Source: Aplysia californica (Eukaryota). Taken from it: a DNA stretch of 64,000 nucleotides. Position 1 is the first letter of the stretch. Every line of letters starts with the position of its first letter. Below are positions 62,560-64,000 of the stretch, in pieces. A program made the position numbers and the translations under genes. Below the pieces are notes generated by a model. That model was not told where the DNA came from, did not search any database, and worked only from the letters and a program-made list of their open reading frames with translations. The stretch covers positions 628,848 through 692,847 of the forward strand of contig NW_004797584.1 in assembly GCF_000002075.1 (NCBI RefSeq), written 5' to 3'.

Positions 62560-62944
62560 GTTTTGTTTTAGTAAGTGTTTTACGGCACTTGCAAAACAAT
62601 AAGGTCATAGAAGTGCTGAAGATTAGAGGTGTTACAAGAGAGTAACAAAAACAAAAAAGGAGGGGAGATAGAGACGGTATATTTTTTATAGGAAAGAAGG
62701 AGCAAACCACACCAGAGCACCCGCCAACCACCCACACACAACGTTCGTGTACTCACCCACACACAAACATGAACACATGACGTAGAGTTTCTTTAGTTTT
62801 AGTCAAGAGTTTTATGGCACTAGCAAAACAAATAGGTCGCATAAGTGCCAAAGATTAGAGGTGTTACAAGAGAGTAACATACTAAGAAAAGAAGGGGAGA
62901 AGAGGAGGATGTTTGTTTGAAAAAAGAAACACCTTCCAACCACC
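62560..62944 (-). mobile_element. Two adjacent family B copies (~62560-62735 and ~62790-62944)
   Basis: Both contain gattagaggtgttacaagagagtaaca and the tail. Confidence 0.8.
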
Positions 62945-63452
62945 TGCACACAACATACAATATCATTGTCTAAAAACTTGGGACTACAGACAATGACATC
63001 ACAAAACAGAAAAAGTGGCTTTTGTTCTGGGTGCCAAACCCAAAAAAAAAACATGTAAAAACACAATAACAGACATGTAACATGAACAACACATTTACGA
63101 GCATACAAAACATTTACACACATACAAAAATACAATCTAACAGACTGCCACGGCATTGGAACGAAGAGTCGAAGCCTATGCACTATTAGACAAATAACGT
63201 GTATACACAGACATTCAATGACACGTTTACACACACATTCACAGACACAAACACTCCTGCACAGGCGTAAAAGCATACATAACATCACAGATATATTATA
63301 CAAATGTTCACAGACACGAAGACTCATGTACAGGTGTGTAAAAGCAATACAACATCACACAGACATTACACACACACAAACACACACACACACAGACTGC
63401 TTCCTTGATCTCAAGCCTGAGCAAAGACATTGCCTTGCCGGCCATCATTCCC

Positions 63453-63680
63453 CACAGGAGTTCAAACATTGCAACGCTCACACTCACAGGAGTTCAAACA
63501 TTGCAACGCTCACACTCACAGGAGTTCAAACATTGCAACACTCACACTCACAGGAGTTCAAACATCACAGCGCTCACACTCACAGGAGTTCAAACATTGG
63601 AACGCTCACACTCACAGGAGTTCAAACATTGGAACGCTCACACTCACAGGAGTTCAAACATCACAGCACTCACACTCACT
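63453..63680. repeat. Minisatellite, 7 x 32 bp
   Basis: cacaggagttcaaacat(tgcaac/cacagc/tggaac)gctcacact. Confidence 0.95.
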
Positions 63681-64000
63681 GAAGCAGTAGCTGGAGCAAT
63701 ATTTGGCGACCCCTCAGGAAGGAATGCAGTCTTTAATCACACACTCATAGACTGCTCAGTGTAAGGAGACCCCGTTATACGTCAATTTCCAAAATGGCTT
63801 TGGCGGATTCTTACACTTAGCAATAACCTACATATTTCCCACACACCTGTACAACAATCACACCACATAGAATACTACATCGACACACCACAAACAAAAA
63901 ACTCTGTTCTACGCACACGCACAAAAACAAAGACCAGTTTCGAGAATGGCTAGTCTTTCGTGCTATGAATGCTGTTATGACAACTTCCCCCAAGAACTCT

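Noticed and set aside
63453-63680. CRISPR-like array (constant repeat with variable part)
   Set aside because: The variable part is only 6-7 nt and recurs. There are no unique spacers or cas genes, and the context is eukaryotic, so this is a minisatellite.
62812-63764. Long overlapping ORFs at the right end
   Set aside because: Arise from CA-rich low-complexity sequence and the stop-free 32-bp repeat

Overview
Eukaryotic, intron-rich, AT-rich animal genomic DNA. An invertebrate, plausibly a gastropod mollusc, is inferred from the repeat types only. Three spliced genes can be rebuilt with canonical GT-AG junctions and consistent reading phase: ESS2/DGCR14 (+, 9 coding exons, 3635-18491, 518 aa), ERP29 (-, 4 exons, 30643-25438, 251 aa ending KDEL) and SKA2 (+, 9 coding exons, 33426-41901, 280 aa). 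ESS2 and ERP29 are tail-to-tail, and ERP29 and SKA2 are head-to-head around a compact promoter. This SKA2 carries an extra C-terminal domain resembling the SKA1 microtubule-binding domain. A decayed, internally deleted Helitron (-, about 43408-47520) lies downstream of the SKA2 stop, bracketed by an unusual 80-bp direct repeat. The rest is dense with repeats: tRNA-derived SINEs, a headless ~175-bp retroposon sharing their 3' tail, RTE LINE ends, many MITEs with TIR/TSD, and minisatellites. A tentative divergent gene lies at the left edge, and ~51-64 kb looks like a long minus-strand non-coding transcript region. No prokaryotic systems, CRISPR arrays or true tRNA/rRNA genes were found.
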